In this document: one piece after another, positions 16,465 through 30,994 of the stretch
Layout of the letters: every line of letters begins with the position of its first letter
Position numbering within the stretch: the first letter of the stretch is position 1
Source: the human T2T-CHM13v2.0 reference genome, Homo sapiens
Assembly (NCBI RefSeq): GCF_009914755.1
Contig: NC_060926.1
DNA: 64,000 nucleotides
Reading direction: 5' to 3' (one strand)
Translations under genes and position numbers: made by a program
The notes under the pieces: generated by a model
Told to the model about the DNA's origin: nothing
Database searches by the model: none
The model's input: only the letters and a program-made list of their open reading frames with translations

Positions 16465-16518
16465 AGGTTTCTTTGCTCCACACCATCTAGCAAGGTGTCT
16501 ACCAAATTTTCATAGTTC
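16465..16518 (-). CDS. PSME4: PA200 exon 30 (54 nt): NYENLVDTLLDGVEQRN(L)
   Basis: tgaag acceptor and gtaagt donor. Confidence 0.93.
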
Positions 16519-16796
16519 CTTCAAAAAAAAGGTGAGGTATTATTTTACTATAATACTAAAATGAACATCAAAAATATAATAGAAATTCAAATTCTAGCCA
16601 ATTTCACCCTCCTTCCCCACTTACTTCCCACCACCTGACTGTAAACGGCCTGATGAGAAGCAAGCCAGAATGAAAGTAGACAGGTGAACAGAGATGCTGG
16701 GAAAAGCTCATGAAAGGCTAGGAAGAGTGAACTCAACTTTTCCTGAATGGACATGCACAAGTAACTCTGTAAGTAGTAATCAATTAATTGGGAGTG

Positions 16797-16798
<2 letters not shown>

Positions 16799-16838
<40 letters not shown>
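16799..16838. repeat. (AC)n microsatellite, about 20 units
   Basis: Perfect AC run. Confidence 0.97.
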
Positions 16839-16840
<2 letters not shown>

Positions 16841-17225
16841 TACACCAGGTTTCTGAAATATATTAGGTAGGCTATAAGAGTTTATTATTTATAGACATTT
16901 TAGAAAACAACAAAGAGGTATATTCATATACTAATTATAAGGCAAAGACAAAATCAAGTTAGGAAGACTCTTGCTTGAGTGTTATCAGTGAAGCATTTAA
17001 GTGCTTTGGTATCAAGAATCCAAAAACAGTTTATTAAAATCCTGATACCAAATTTGACCAATAAGTTATTACTATTATAAGAACTATTAAATGATAAATC
17101 TGCTAAACTTGAATTTAGGAATTAATGACTGATGTGTACCAGTTATGTAGTTTCTGAAATATTACTACCTTAAAAAAACAAAAAAAGAAAGATAATTCAC
17201 TAGAAAAAAAAAGATAGGACAGTGA

Positions 17226-17538
<313 letters not shown>

Positions 17539-17652
17539 TAAGATGGTGTTTTATACCTCCATAGCTTAAAAAGGAAAAACAGGAATCTGTGTAGTAATTA
17601 CTTCTCAACTTTTTTGTATTTTTTTCAGAAGTCAATGTGTAAACATCATTAA

Positions 17653-17990
<338 letters not shown>

Positions 17991-18046
17991 AGCCAAAACT
18001 TACTATCTATAATGTCATCTATTGAAGTACACCATTCATCAATTAC

Positions 18047-18183
18047 CTTAGGGCATCGGCATTCTTTTCTTGTTGGCGTTTAATTCCTTCCTTAATTTTT
18101 TCTGGGCTAAGCAATATCTGGTTGATAGAGGGGTTTTTTGACTGTTGAAGTAATTCCGCTATTTCAACACATGACTTTGGAAT
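18047..18183 (-). CDS. PSME4: PA200 exon 29 (137 nt): [14 protein letters not shown]...EKNADAL(R)
   Basis: acaag acceptor and gtaatt donor. Confidence 0.94.
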
Positions 18184-18224
18184 CTTGTTAAAAAGAAAAA
18201 AGCAGGAAAAAAAATGAAGTTCTG

Positions 18225-18840
18225 ATGCATACTACCTGAACGAACCTTGAAAATGTCATGCTAAGTGAAAGAGGCCAGACACAAAAGTCCACATATTTTA
18301 CGATTCCATTTATATGAAATATCTAATAATGGGCAAATTTATTGACAGAGAAAGTGGTTTCCAGGGGTTTGGGGTATGGAAGAATGGGAAGCGACTGCTA
18401 TTAGGTACTTGTTTTCTTTTGGGGTGATGAAAACATTGTGGAGGCCAGACATGGTGGCTCATCTCTGTAATCCTAGCACTTTGGGAGGTCAAGGTGAGGG
18501 GACTGCTTGAGGCCATGAGTTTGAGACCAGCCCGGGGAACACAGCAAGACCCCTGTCTCTCTCTCAAAAAAAAAAAAACAACTTAAATTAGCTGGGTGTA
18601 GTGGTGCACACCTATAGTCCTAGTTACTAGGAAGGCTGAGGCAGGGGATGATTATGCCACTGCACTCTAGCCTTGGGGGACAGAATGAGACAGAATGAGA
18701 ATGAGAAACAAAGAAAAAGGAAAATGTTCTGGAATTTGAGTAGTTACACAGCCCTGTGAATATTCTACTGTGCATATAACATGTCCATATTAAAAGGGTG
18801 ATATTTATGATATGTGAATTACATCTCAATTAAAATTTTT
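18225..18840 (+). mobile_element. L1M-type 3' end interrupted by an AluJ-like element (about 18443-18720)
   Basis: atgctaagtgaaagaggccagacacaaaag ... tatgtgaattacatctcaat. Confidence 0.8.
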
Positions 18841-19515
18841 CTTCTAAAAAATAAAGTATAATCTAATGACAGTCGCAAATAGCAACCCTATGTTTGATTT
18901 AAAAGGAATACATTTAGAACAGTGGTTTTTAAACCAGGGGAGAGATGTCAACCATAGTCACGCCAGCCAAGAGGGTGATTCTGCTGTGCTCACCCTTCTT
19001 TTACTCACCCCCATGTTCTGAGGGAGTATAAATACAGATTTGCAAGTTCCTAGAAAATCTGCTATAACTCTCAACCTAAGCACCACTGAAAGTTATATTC
19101 TTTAGTCTTTCGAGTCAAATCATTCAATTTTAGTTTTCTTCACTATAAATTACGAACCCAGTAGTCGATCTTTTGCGACTTTGGCTAGCATGGTAAACCT
19201 CATAAAATATAATTAACTCTTTGAAAAATGAAGCTGTGGGCACACACAAAATAAGGGTAAATACAACAAATCAATAACCCTTTGTGGAGCCCTGGCTGTC
19301 TCCCTACCATGCTCCAACTTGCTACTTCACCCTGTTATGTACAATAATGATCAATGAAAGTACAAAAAGCAAACAGGTAACAAACGCTTTTTTAAAAAAA
19401 CACTGGACTCAAATGCCAAGAATATTATTACTGGAAAAAGGGCAAGAAAAATAAAGGGCATTTTAACAAGACAGGATTTACACTAAAACTTGAATGAAAG
19501 AATGATATTGCTTAC

Positions 19516-19725
19516 TGTGAAGTCCAAGCCAATTGTTTCATACTGCCTATGAATCTTTTCTGCAAGATCATCAAACAATCTCACTATTGATGGCTTTTCC
19601 AGGGACATTGCTTGGCTAAGCCCTGAAGAAACAATCGCTGGCCACGTCTGTACAATACAGTCCCAATCATGAAGGTTTGCCAAGCACACACCACTGTGAT
19701 TTCCAAGGAGACAGTACAAGGCACC
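19516..19725 (-). CDS. PSME4: PA200 exon 28 (210 nt): [12 protein letters not shown]...YETIGLDFT
   Basis: ORF 19483..19776; tgcag acceptor and gtaagc donor. Confidence 0.96.
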
Positions 19726-19953
19726 CTGCAGAAAAAAAAATATATATATGTTTACATGGGAAATAAGAGGCATCATGTAGTTGTAGCCAATGCACCTATG
19801 TATTGGTTTTAAATGAGTATTGATTACTTAAATGCTTAATATTGGTTAGTAAAATATGTTCACACATTTAACATGTTACTTTTTAGAAATCTGAACTTGA
19901 CATTTAGGTGATATCCATTAATATTTTCTCTAAGTCATTTAATAAAGAGTTTG

Positions 19954-20250
19954 GGACAGGTGAGGTGGCTCACGCCTGTAATTCTTGCATTTTGGGAGGC
20001 CAAATAAGGCAGACTGGTTGAGCTCAGGAGTTTGAGAGCCTGGGCAACATGGTGAAACCTCTTCTCTATAAAAAATACAAAAATTAGCTGGGCATGGTGG
20101 CACACACCTGTGGTCCCAGCTCCTCAGGAGGCTGAGGTGGGAGGATCACTTAAGCCCAAGAGGTTGAGGCTACAATGAGCCATGCCTGTGCCACTGTACT
20201 CCAGCTTAGGTGACACAGCAGGACCCTGTCTCCAAAAAGAAAAAAAGAAA
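19954..20250 (+). mobile_element. Alu (AluJ-like)
   Basis: Alu dimer. Confidence 0.9.
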
Positions 20251-20517
20251 TTGTTCAAAGAATGGCTACTAATAAGGTAATAAAGAAATGGAAGGATGTT
20301 TCTAAGAACATATATTCCATTCTGATTTTCTTCAACTGTATCATAAAAACCACAACATGTGTCACTCTTAAAATTTTAGAGTCTGAAGTTTGGTGTTTGA
20401 AATAATTTATTAAATATTAGTTAACACCTGGTTGCTGAGTAATTTACAAAGTACATAAAAACTAAAGTATACTGCATATTTATTACTCATAAAAGTCCAA
20501 TTAACCACAACGATTCT

Positions 20518-20557
20518 GATGACAGCAGGTATCCTTTGATGACAGCAGGTATCCTTT
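20518..20557. repeat. Perfect 20-bp tandem duplication gatgacagcaggtatccttt x2
   Basis: Read directly from the sequence. Confidence 0.95.
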
Positions 20558-20838
20558 CTAAAGTGCTTTTTCATAAAAAGTTTTTACTATCAAAACTTTT
20601 GATTTCCAATTTACCTCACCTGATTCCAATCTAGCTTATTACTGACTTTGTATTCCACTCCTCTACAGGTTCTCTATAAGGTCACTCATAACCTCGATTT
20701 TGTTGATCTAATAGATATTTTTCTGTTTTGATTGTACTTGACCTCTCTAATTTTGTCCATTTAAACTGCTCTCATTAAGGTCAACAACAGAATAGTCAAT
20801 GAGTCAAACCTACAACACTCTTGAATTATACATCTGCA

Positions 20839-21062
20839 CCAGGGGTCAGCAAACATTTTCCATAAACGGCCAGAAAGCAAACAGCAAAGCCATTTGCTCT
20901 CTGTCTCAACTACTCTTCTCTGCCACTGTAGAGTGAAAGTAGCCATACATAATATATAAATGAATGAACATGGCTGTGTTTCAAGAAGTTTTAAAAAAGC
21001 AAGCTTTTACTTTTACAAAAGCAAGCAACTGAGCCTGAGCTATAGTTTATTGACACCTCTGT
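20839..21062 (+). mobile_element. MER58A-like hAT MITE within L2-like sequence
   Basis: caggggtcagcaaac...ctctgtctcaactactc...aatgaacatggctgtgtt...tatagtttattgacacct. Confidence 0.75.
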
Positions 21063-22192
21063 CTTACAAGCTTCATGGAAGATGTTTAGGGCTCGTCTTC
21101 ATTATCTCCAAAAAACAATGACTCTACTCACTGAGTCTTCCTTCTAGAAAGACCTCTCCCTGCCTTCTGTGATTCTTCCCGATTTCTTGATACCTTTCTG
21201 ACCTCTCCAGGGTCACTCAGCTCTTCTATTTGGCTTCTAAAGGAGTTTCTCAACATATGCCCCTTGGTCCTCTTCTTATTCTCCTCCTAGGCTTTCTTAT
21301 CCATGCCCATAGATTTCAATTATAATCAACATACATGGAAATGGTATCTTCGGACTCAGATGTCTAACTGCCCACTTGATGGTGCTCTTAGGTCATTGGA
21401 ACCACTTCAAATTAAACTAGTCCAAATTAACTATGTCATCATCTAACTACTCTCTCTCTCTCTCTGATGTGCCCAGCAACTAGTTGTACGATCCAAAAGC
21501 TTAGTAACTTTGACATTTCCTTTTTTCAGTCCCCTCATATTCAATCAACAAGTCCCATCCATTCTCACTCTTAATTCACTCTCAATCTATTTCTTTCTAC
21601 CTGACAGTATAAGCAATCATTATATATTACCTATACTTTATTACATCCCCATAGGATGTAGTATTTGCCTTATCCTGTATAATTTCCTTTCTTCTCTACT
21701 CCAATTGCATAAGCTTTCATACCACTGCTCAAACTTACCATATTTCTTCCTTCCTGTCTTAAGCCCTTCCTTCACACTGGTCATACTACTCTAAACTTCT
21801 TGGTCTTTCATCCCTCTCTCCCATATGCCAGCCAGGCTACTTGGCCACTAGCACTCAAGTTAAACAATTATTTTCCTCAGGAAAGTCTGCTTCTTATATT
21901 TTCTTCATCATAATACTGATCACAAACAGAGGTAAATAACTAAATAATGAGTCTCCTCATATTAGTATGAAACAAAGATCATACCTGTTTAAAGGTGAAT
22001 CGTGCTGATATCTTCAATTTACTTTGAAATACATTAAAAAAAAATGAACAGATATGCGATAAAGCAAATACAGCAAAATCTTAAATACAGAATCTCAGTG
22101 GTGAAGAAGATATGGATGTTTACCGTAGAATTTTTTCAGCTTTTCAGTATGTTTGAAAATGTTTACAGTAAAATAGGAAAAAAACCCTATAC

Positions 22193-22324
22193 CTTGAATT
22201 GTTGCTGTGTAACACCTTGTCTATCAGGCCTTAAGAACTCCAAAACCAAGGGAATGATATCTCTGCAACAGAAGTTATATGCTCCCAAGGCAGCAAAAAA
22301 TGTTTGCTGAGCCTTATTTCTCAC
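22193..22324 (-). CDS. PSME4: PA200 exon 27 (132 nt): [14 protein letters not shown]...VTQQQFK
   Basis: tccag acceptor and gtatag donor. Confidence 0.95.
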
Positions 22325-22874
22325 CTGGAGGAAGTATTATTAACAAAGGACTTTTATTAAATAGTAAAGTACAAAGCAGTTTAAAACAAATTATCAAAAA
22401 CAGTAATGATAATTTACATGTTTTTCTCATTAACAAAATAAATTTCAAAGCACGTACCCTAAAAAAGAAGTAAATGATTATCTTTACTTATATCAAAAGG
22501 AAAGCACAATACCACCGACCATATCAATGGTTTAGGTTACACTGACTGAAATATGTTTGATAAAGGGGAGACTGAATGGAACCTATATGCATTTGCTCAG
22601 TAACATAGCTAAAAGTAATCAGCATACTACTAAACTTTTTATTCTGAATTATTCTAGATATAAAGAGCCAGATTTTCTCTTATGTCCACATGAGGAAAAT
22701 TAAAGAATTTCCAGGAGGAACTAAAACAAACCAAAACAGACACATAACAACTTAACCCTTTTAAGGCAAACCTTAAGTACAATCTCACATATTTTTGACC
22801 CAAACAAAATATTCAGTATAAATTTACAACTTATGAACTAGTTAAATAGTAATGGATAATAACTGGTTATAGTA

Positions 22875-23497
<623 letters not shown>

Positions 23498-23550
23498 TCA
23501 AACTCATTTTAAACATTACTTTAGAGGGAATCTCTGAGCTAGAGATTAGT

Positions 23551-24212
23551 TACAGGTTGAGTATCCTTTACCTAAAATGTTCAGGTAGCCGGGCATGGTG
23601 GCTCACACCTGTAATCCCAATACCATGGGAGGCCCAGGCAGGCAGATCGCTTGAGCCCAGGAGTTCGAGGCCAGCCTGGGCAATACAACGAGACCTTATC
23701 TCTATTAAAAATGAAAAAAATTAGTCCAGCATGGTGGCGCATGCCTGTAATCCCAGCTATTTGGGAGGCTGAGATAAGACGATCGCTTGAGCTCAAGCCC
23801 AAGGCTACAAGGCTTGAGTTCAAGACCTGAGTTCATGGTGATGTACGCCTATAATCCCAGCTATTTAGAAAGCTGAGGTGAGACAATCGCTTGAGCTCAA
23901 GCTCAAGGCTTGAGTTCAAGGCTACAGTGGGCTGTGATCACACCACTGCACTGCAGCCTGGGTAACAGAGAGAGACCTTGTCTCAAAAAATAAAAATAAA
24001 GTAAAATAAAATGCTCAGGACCAGAAATGTTTTGGATTTGAGATTTTTTTCACATTTTGAAACATGTGGATTATAAACTTCCTGGGTGATCATCCCAAAT
24101 CCAAAAATCTGAAATCTGTAACGCTCCAATAAACATTTCCTTTGAGCATCATGTTGGTGCTCAAAAAGTTTTGGATTCTGGAGTATTTTGGGTTTCCAAT
24201 GCTTAACCTGTA
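23551..24212 (+). mobile_element. Tigger4a/MER46-like MITE split by an Alu (23587-24010) that carries an internal duplication
   Basis: TA-flanked termini caggttgagtatcc ... gcttaacctg; Alu bounded by aaaatgttcagg / aaaatgctcagg. Confidence 0.8.
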
Positions 24213-24765
24213 GTTAATTTACATTATTTCATAAAGATAGAATAATTAGTTGCACATGAATCTCTTTTTCCACTTTTCTGTGCTTGCAGATAATCTCTTG
24301 TTCCTACACTAAAGGACAGACCTCACAATTCATGTGGTAGCAGCTTCCTAAAACCCAAGCTTAATGTCTAGGAGGAATTATGTGGCCTTCGTAGACTGGG
24401 CTTCAAAATGTGATTGAAGTGCCAGCAATATCACACTAGCACTGTCTTCCAAATTTAAATAAATGAGAAGCAATTACAAACAGCAACATTAAGCATTACA
24501 AAAAAATGACTAGCAACCTTAGCTTGAATATATTTGCAATTTGAAAGCTGTTTTCTATGCTAACATGAGTTAAGAGAGCCTAGCTTTTGGTCCTGGTTTT
24601 ATTACTTCCTGGAGGTAATTACTGGAAATTACAATTTCCAATAATTGAGAGAATAATTCCAATTATGGGTGAAATTATTTAAACTCTCTTCTTAAAAGGG
24701 GGATATTAAGATTGCATGTAATAAAATGGGAGGGCATGAGAGTGCAGCGTTTGGATAAGCCTTAC

Positions 24766-24861
24766 CTGACTGTACGAACTTGTAGATAAACGAAGAAGAT
24801 CTCTGATCATATCTTGATGTATCTTTTTGTATTCACAACCCTCAACAGTTAGTGTCCGTAG
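24766..24861 (-). CDS. PSME4: PA200 exon 26 (96 nt): [32 protein letters not shown]
   Basis: cttag acceptor and gtaagg donor. Confidence 0.95.
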
Positions 24862-24973
24862 CTAAGAAAACAATCGCAAACATTTACTAAAATTTGATTA
24901 TGAAAACAAAACTAAATACTCATCTGGAAAATTGACATTTTAAAAAGTCACTATGACTGAAAAACATATTTAC

Positions 24974-25036
24974 CTCATGCTGTAACATTACTCTATCAAT
25001 CAACAGTGCTCTGATATGTTGTTTTTTCCCATGGAG
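24974..25036 (-). CDS. PSME4: PA200 exon 25 (63 nt): [21 protein letters not shown]
   Basis: tccag acceptor and gtaaat donor. Confidence 0.94.
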
Positions 25037-26493
25037 CTGGAAAACAAAGTAGCAACAAATACTTCAACATTTTCCCTAAATGACTTCAACAATGGATGCC
25101 TCTAAATACCTTAATAAGTGGTCAAAAAGGTCCCTGGTTGACTGGTGAGTGGTGGTGGTATTTCCTTTATTCTAAAGACATCAGGCTTATATAAAAATAT
25201 GTTGTCTTAATTAATTTTTATGGCTAACAGTAGAAATATCCCCCTTTTAAATAGCCCATCCAACACCCTGTTTTTCTCTGATAGTTTACTATTAGACCCA
25301 TGCATGGGAGAGCAACAGAGTTGTGTTCTTATTCAGTTAAATACTGAAAGTACAAAAACAGCCTACTAAGACAATTGCTCAACTCTCTTAAATCTACAAA
25401 TAGCCATAGCCTTTCAGGGTAATCAAATATGTTTACTACAAAATTTAATAATAATATCTTTTCTAAAAGTTATCATTTAAGCTTTTATCCATATAATCTT
25501 CCACCTGGTCACCAAAGGCAGATAGTTGAGGCTCAAAGACTCTTCTTCTTTCACACCACAGTTCCTTAGTCATTAAGCCCCCCAATTCTACCATTTTCAA
25601 AACATGTTATTTCCATTTCAATACCACTGACTTGACTTAGGCTGTGTTTTTCACCTGGAGTGAAACAGTTTAACTCCCTTTCTTGCTTACAGTATCAATC
25701 TCTTTGTACTTACTGTTCACAGTGGTGGCAGAGCTTTTTAATGTTTAGTGAATTGAGTGTTGACTTTTCCAATCAATATTCAAATCAGATCTACTTAAGA
25801 ACTGTTAATGACTCTCCTACTGCTGAATATAAAACTGAAACACTTTCTCAAAACAAAGTATAAGCAACCTAGTTTACCCTCTACAGCCCCTGGCCCCTAA
25901 AAGCATGCCATGTTTTTATATCTCCTTGCCCTTTTACATGCCATTCCTTCTGTCTAAAGTATCTAGCAACTGTTGTCTAAACAATGAACTCATACAACCT
26001 TTTTAGACTCAATTTCAGTAAAAGTTTCTGGCGTAAGAATACTGCCATGAACATCTCTTGGCTTACACTGATACTCTTTCTTCCAAGGTCCCAAAGAAGC
26101 TTACAATGACTTCTGCAGCTGAATATAATACAGGGTAACTTTTTCTCAGATCTACATAAAGTGTAATGCTTTAAATTCATGCCCATAGATAATTCCTCCT
26201 ATTTTTAAATTCCTTCAAGTTCTTACAAGGTAGTCTCAATGCTATTGTCCAAATTCCCATTGAGAGTTTAGAGACTGTCATGGAAACAGGCAGAAGATTC
26301 TGTATAAGAAAAATATATTTTTTGCTAGGATCCATTTGATTTCTACCATGATGTTTTTAACTTTTACATACTTTTAAATCTACTATTTTTCCTTTTAGGA
26401 AAACTTCTTCTATATGCTGAATAATACCCAAATTACGAGGTTATTATACGACTTTAAAACAATTACTGCAGACTTTTAGGTGAAAATACTGAC

Positions 26494-26592
26494 CCGATTT
26501 TCCATTGATTTCTTTACTAAGTTGAAGCTTTTCCATCGGGAGTCAAATTCATGCTTGTGAGATCCTTGGAATTGTAAAAGGTCTCCAATAAT
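26494..26592 (-). CDS. PSME4: PA200 exon 24 (99 nt): [33 protein letters not shown]
   Basis: cag acceptor and gtcagt donor; 91-nt intron separates it from exon 23. Confidence 0.94.
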
Positions 26593-26683
26593 CTGTGTCA
26601 AAGAATTTCAAATTGTATTTGCAAGTCATCAATCCAAGCTTGATCGTATTAATCATTATGCAACTATCAAATGACAAATGTAC

Positions 26684-26739
26684 CTTTATAATAAGAAACA
26701 ATGACTTAGTATCATCTTCTGAATTATCAAGTATGTGGT
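26684..26739 (-). CDS. PSME4: PA200 exon 23 (56 nt): (N)HILDNSEDDTKSLFLIIK
   Basis: Lies inside ORF 26549..26806; tag acceptor and gtacat donor. Confidence 0.94.
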
Positions 26740-26957
26740 CTATAATGGAAGAAAGAAAAGGATTTTGGTTAAAATATTTTGAACTACTATAAGAATCTTG
26801 AGGCATTAGTCAAGAATCTATTAAGAAAAAAAATCACTGCCCAATATTCTCACCATTTAGAATAAAAAACATTAAGTAAACACATGCATGTTATAGATTA
26901 AAATTCCAAAATACTTATTCCAAAGTACAAATAAGTTAAATGTACAGATACACTTAC

Positions 26958-27014
26958 TAAGAAGTTTCCTTATAACTGTAGCAATTACTTCTCGGTGGTT
27001 CTCTCGAGACAGAT
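26958..27014 (-). CDS. PSME4: PA200 exon 22 (57 nt): (D)LSRENHREVIATVIRKLL
   Basis: tag acceptor and gtaagt donor. Confidence 0.94.
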
Positions 27015-27851
27015 CTATTTTGAAAAAATAAAAGAAGGTATTTTAGACACTGAATGCTCCTCAGACTTTTAAAGTTTATATCAACAGGTTAGGTCAAGGA
27101 GGGATAAAGTATTGGAGAAAAAAATAGGTCTGCCTTTACCATAGTTGAATTAATGGCTAGGCATGCTACAGCAACTTCTAAAACCTCTACACTTAAATGA
27201 CCTGCTTATGAGATGTCTATCATGCTTCAAGATAAAGAAAAATAATAATAATAAAAAATAGATAAAATGACCTGCTTATAAAACTTCATGGGGCAAGAAG
27301 GTTGGAGAGGCGAGGGAAAGAAAAACCACCTTTGCCAATATTTCAAAGGCTCTAGTCACTAATTAGAGATTAAAATACATGGAATTTTCTAATTAGTTGT
27401 GGGTGACGTAAATCAAGCAATTACAGCCTAGCAATTAATGTATGTAACTTTGGTGTTAATCCAGCGATGAGAAAGGGTGCTAAATTTCTATTAGATTTAG
27501 AACATTAACAATAAAATGTTTTACATAAATGTTATTATAAAACTTAATTTACTATGATAGGAAGGTATAAAGTTTTTTTAAATATAGGGTTACAATATTC
27601 GTATTTACACCAAGTATAACATATAAGTGCTAGAATAATTTTAAACATAAATGAGCATTATGATATATAAAAGCCTACCTCTGTACATAGCATTCAAATA
27701 CAGACTGACCCAATTTCTTACTGGCTATTCTTTATACAATAATTTTCCAGTTTCTCCAGAAAAGGCAAAAATGACTACTGTATAATTAATATTCTTTTCA
27801 TATATCAAAAAAGAGATTAGGAACATCATAATACAAAACTACTTCATTTTA

Positions 27852-28163
27852 GGCCGGGCAGGGTGGCTCACGGTTGTAATCCCCCAGCACTCTGGGAAGC
27901 GGAGGTGGGTAGATCACTTGATGTCAGGAGCTGGAGACCAGCCTGGCCACCACGGTGAAACTCTGTCTCTACTAAAAATATAAAACTTAGCTGGGCTTGG
28001 TGGTGCACACCTGTAATCCTAGCTATTTGGGAGGCTGGAGCAGGAGAATCGTTTGAATCTGGGAGGCAGGGAGGCAGGGGTTGCAGTGAGCAGAGATCGC
28101 GTCACCACACTCCAGCCTGGGAGACAGAGTGAGACTCTGTCTCAAAACAAAACAAAACAAAAA
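27852..28163 (+). mobile_element. Alu (AluS-like)
   Basis: Dimer with (caaaa)n tail; flanking actacttcat repeats. Confidence 0.92.
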
Positions 28164-28248
28164 CACTACTTCATACTTCATTTTAGTCCTTGTGGAGTTA
28201 CTGACAAAAATAATCCACACAGATTTACTCAGATTAGGATTCACATAC

Positions 28249-28304
28249 CATATTCAAGTCCAGTATACAACTTTGTCTCTTCCAAGGACACCATACTTGG
28301 TACT
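28249..28304 (-). CDS. PSME4: PA200 exon 21 (56 nt): [18 protein letters not shown]
   Basis: tacag acceptor and gtatgt donor. Confidence 0.94.
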
Positions 28305-30284
28305 CTGTATAAAAACAAGAGTGCTTGCATTTATTAATAATACCAATATGAAGTATTAAAGGGAAAAGTTTCATTGCTGGACTGTTTAAACCAAAACAAA
28401 GATAATGTTCTTTTAACAGACACAGATTTCCCATCTTCAATGGGAAAAATCAATCTATCTTTCTCAAGATGAATGCTGTTTCAGTAAGAATCATGTTATT
28501 CAACTTAAAGAAAAAATTTAGTGACTTCAGGAGGCCTCCTAAAGGAACATAATATTGATATCCAATACTCAAATGTAAAAGATTAAATATGATAAACCTT
28601 TACATAAAGAAAAGTCAGCTTAATAATGGCACAACAGTTAAAACAAATTTTACTAAAGCATATAGAGCTGACAAGCTTATTTAGATAATCATTACCTTCC
28701 TCTTAAAATCAGTCAAAAACATCTCTCCTAATGTGCAGTAATAAGACACTCTTTTTGAAGAAATTCAGGTATAAAAATCACTGTTTCCTAATTAAAGATC
28801 TGCCATAAAGAATTATGATACCACAACCAGAGGCTACCCTGAGCCTATAAGCGGTAGCCCTGCTCCACAAGGCTACCACAACCAGACCCAGCCAGTTAAA
28901 TTCATTGAACAGTTAAAAGTCACTTTTTACATATGCAAGGACAGATTTTATAGGAAAATGAGAATTGACATATCTGAAATCTACATTTTCTTTAGTGAAA
29001 AATATACCTCAATTTTCAATACTTTATTTCAAAATATGAGATTTAATTCAAAGCTTTTATTAATCAAAGAGATACATTCTAAAAGGAAAAAAAGGCACAA
29101 ATCAGGCAAGCATATACAGAGTTAATAAACAGCAATCTTATTATTATTACTAATCACCAATGAACTGCACAAGACTTGCCATGAAGAAAATACTATTTTT
29201 AAATCAACACATCCCCAGCTATATTGTATACCCTCAAAAAGTAGCTGAATTAAATGGGTTATCTCTACCTTAATATTTGACAGTTATGAATTCAGGTATT
29301 TATCTAAGTAATAGGTAAAAACATATTTCTAAAATGTCAGTTATTTAACTATGTTTCTCACCATAACCCAGTACAGAGGATAGCAACAATACCTTCTCAA
29401 GTTTCAAAACCAAGCCCATAGAGTATAAACAAAGAATGGCTTCTTTTTCACTAACTTACTTCAAAGCTTATTAATATTTTATATTAATAGTATCAAACGT
29501 TAATTTGCTTTTTCAGACTTTCAAGACCAAATTCCTCTTAAAATTTTGTTTTCCTTCTATAAAGCTTCAACCACTGGCAAACCTGAGCATCTTAAATATT
29601 TTTGCATGATCAAAAATATGTATGTATCCAAAATCTGTTAGTAAAAAATAAAATCAGATTCCTTTACATGAACGTTATGTCTTTACTGAAATTAGATTTC
29701 ACCAAAGAGAAAAGGCCTGTACTCAAGAGTAACAAGAATAAAGCACAAGAGAGTTCCCACCCTCCCCCCGCCCACTGTTAGAGCAGGGGAAGTGCTTGCT
29801 ATGAGCCATCCTATTAGAGTATGTGTCTCCCCACTGCTGCCATAAACACTTAGTTTTCTGAAGTAGAAATATACAGTCTGCAGCTTATGCAGTCTGTATC
29901 TAATGCCATATAATATTAAATCAAGCATGAATTTTAATTACTGTCACTTTAGTTACTGTCATATTATACAAATTAAAAAAAGCATTCTTTATAACCAATT
30001 ATTCTCCATAGTTTTTACTATATCTAAAAAGCCTGTCATTTGGGAATTTAAAGCTTTTCAAACAAGTTTCATCTAAGAGTCCTGACACCAAATTTCTTAA
30101 AATCCATGTGACACTTTGAATTGTTTTCTTATCAGGGAATTTGAAAAATAATCATTTATGCTGACTACTTTAAAAAATCCTGTATAAGATTGTAAAATAT
30201 TAAGTAATGTATTTAAATAAAAGCCTTATCTTCTTCCTCGACTTTTAAAACTTGGATTAAAATACAGCTTCCATATCTCCTACA

Positions 30285-30497
30285 CAGAGGTGACCCTTGA
30301 ACAACACAGGTGTGGGTCTACTTACACGCAGATTTTTTTTTCAACTAAATGTATTAGCCAGATGAGAAATCTACACATATGGAGGGCTGACTTTTCCTGT
30401 ATGTGAGCTCTACAGGGCCTACTGTGGCACTTGAGTATGAATGTATTTTGGTATGCTGTAGGTCCAATCCCCTAACTTCACCAAGGGAAGACTATAT
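30285..30497 (-). mobile_element. MER8-like Tigger MITE
   Basis: tgacccttgaacaacacagg...tctacttacacgcagatttttt...ggagggctgactttt. Confidence 0.7.
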
Positions 30498-30628
30498 ATA
30501 GGACATATCTGGGTAGTATACATTACAGCTTTTGTTTATTCTTATCCACCATAATTTGATCTCTTCTTGCCTACCACAAATTAACTGGATTAACATGATT
30601 TACAATAAATGCTTCTCAGCAAGTGTAG

Positions 30629-30994
<366 letters not shown>

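Noticed and set aside
20432-20442. tgctgagtaa, a MARE/ARE-like site (NFE2L1 regulates proteasome genes)
   Set aside because: It is an imperfect, isolated site deep in an intron, and expected by chance in 64 kb.
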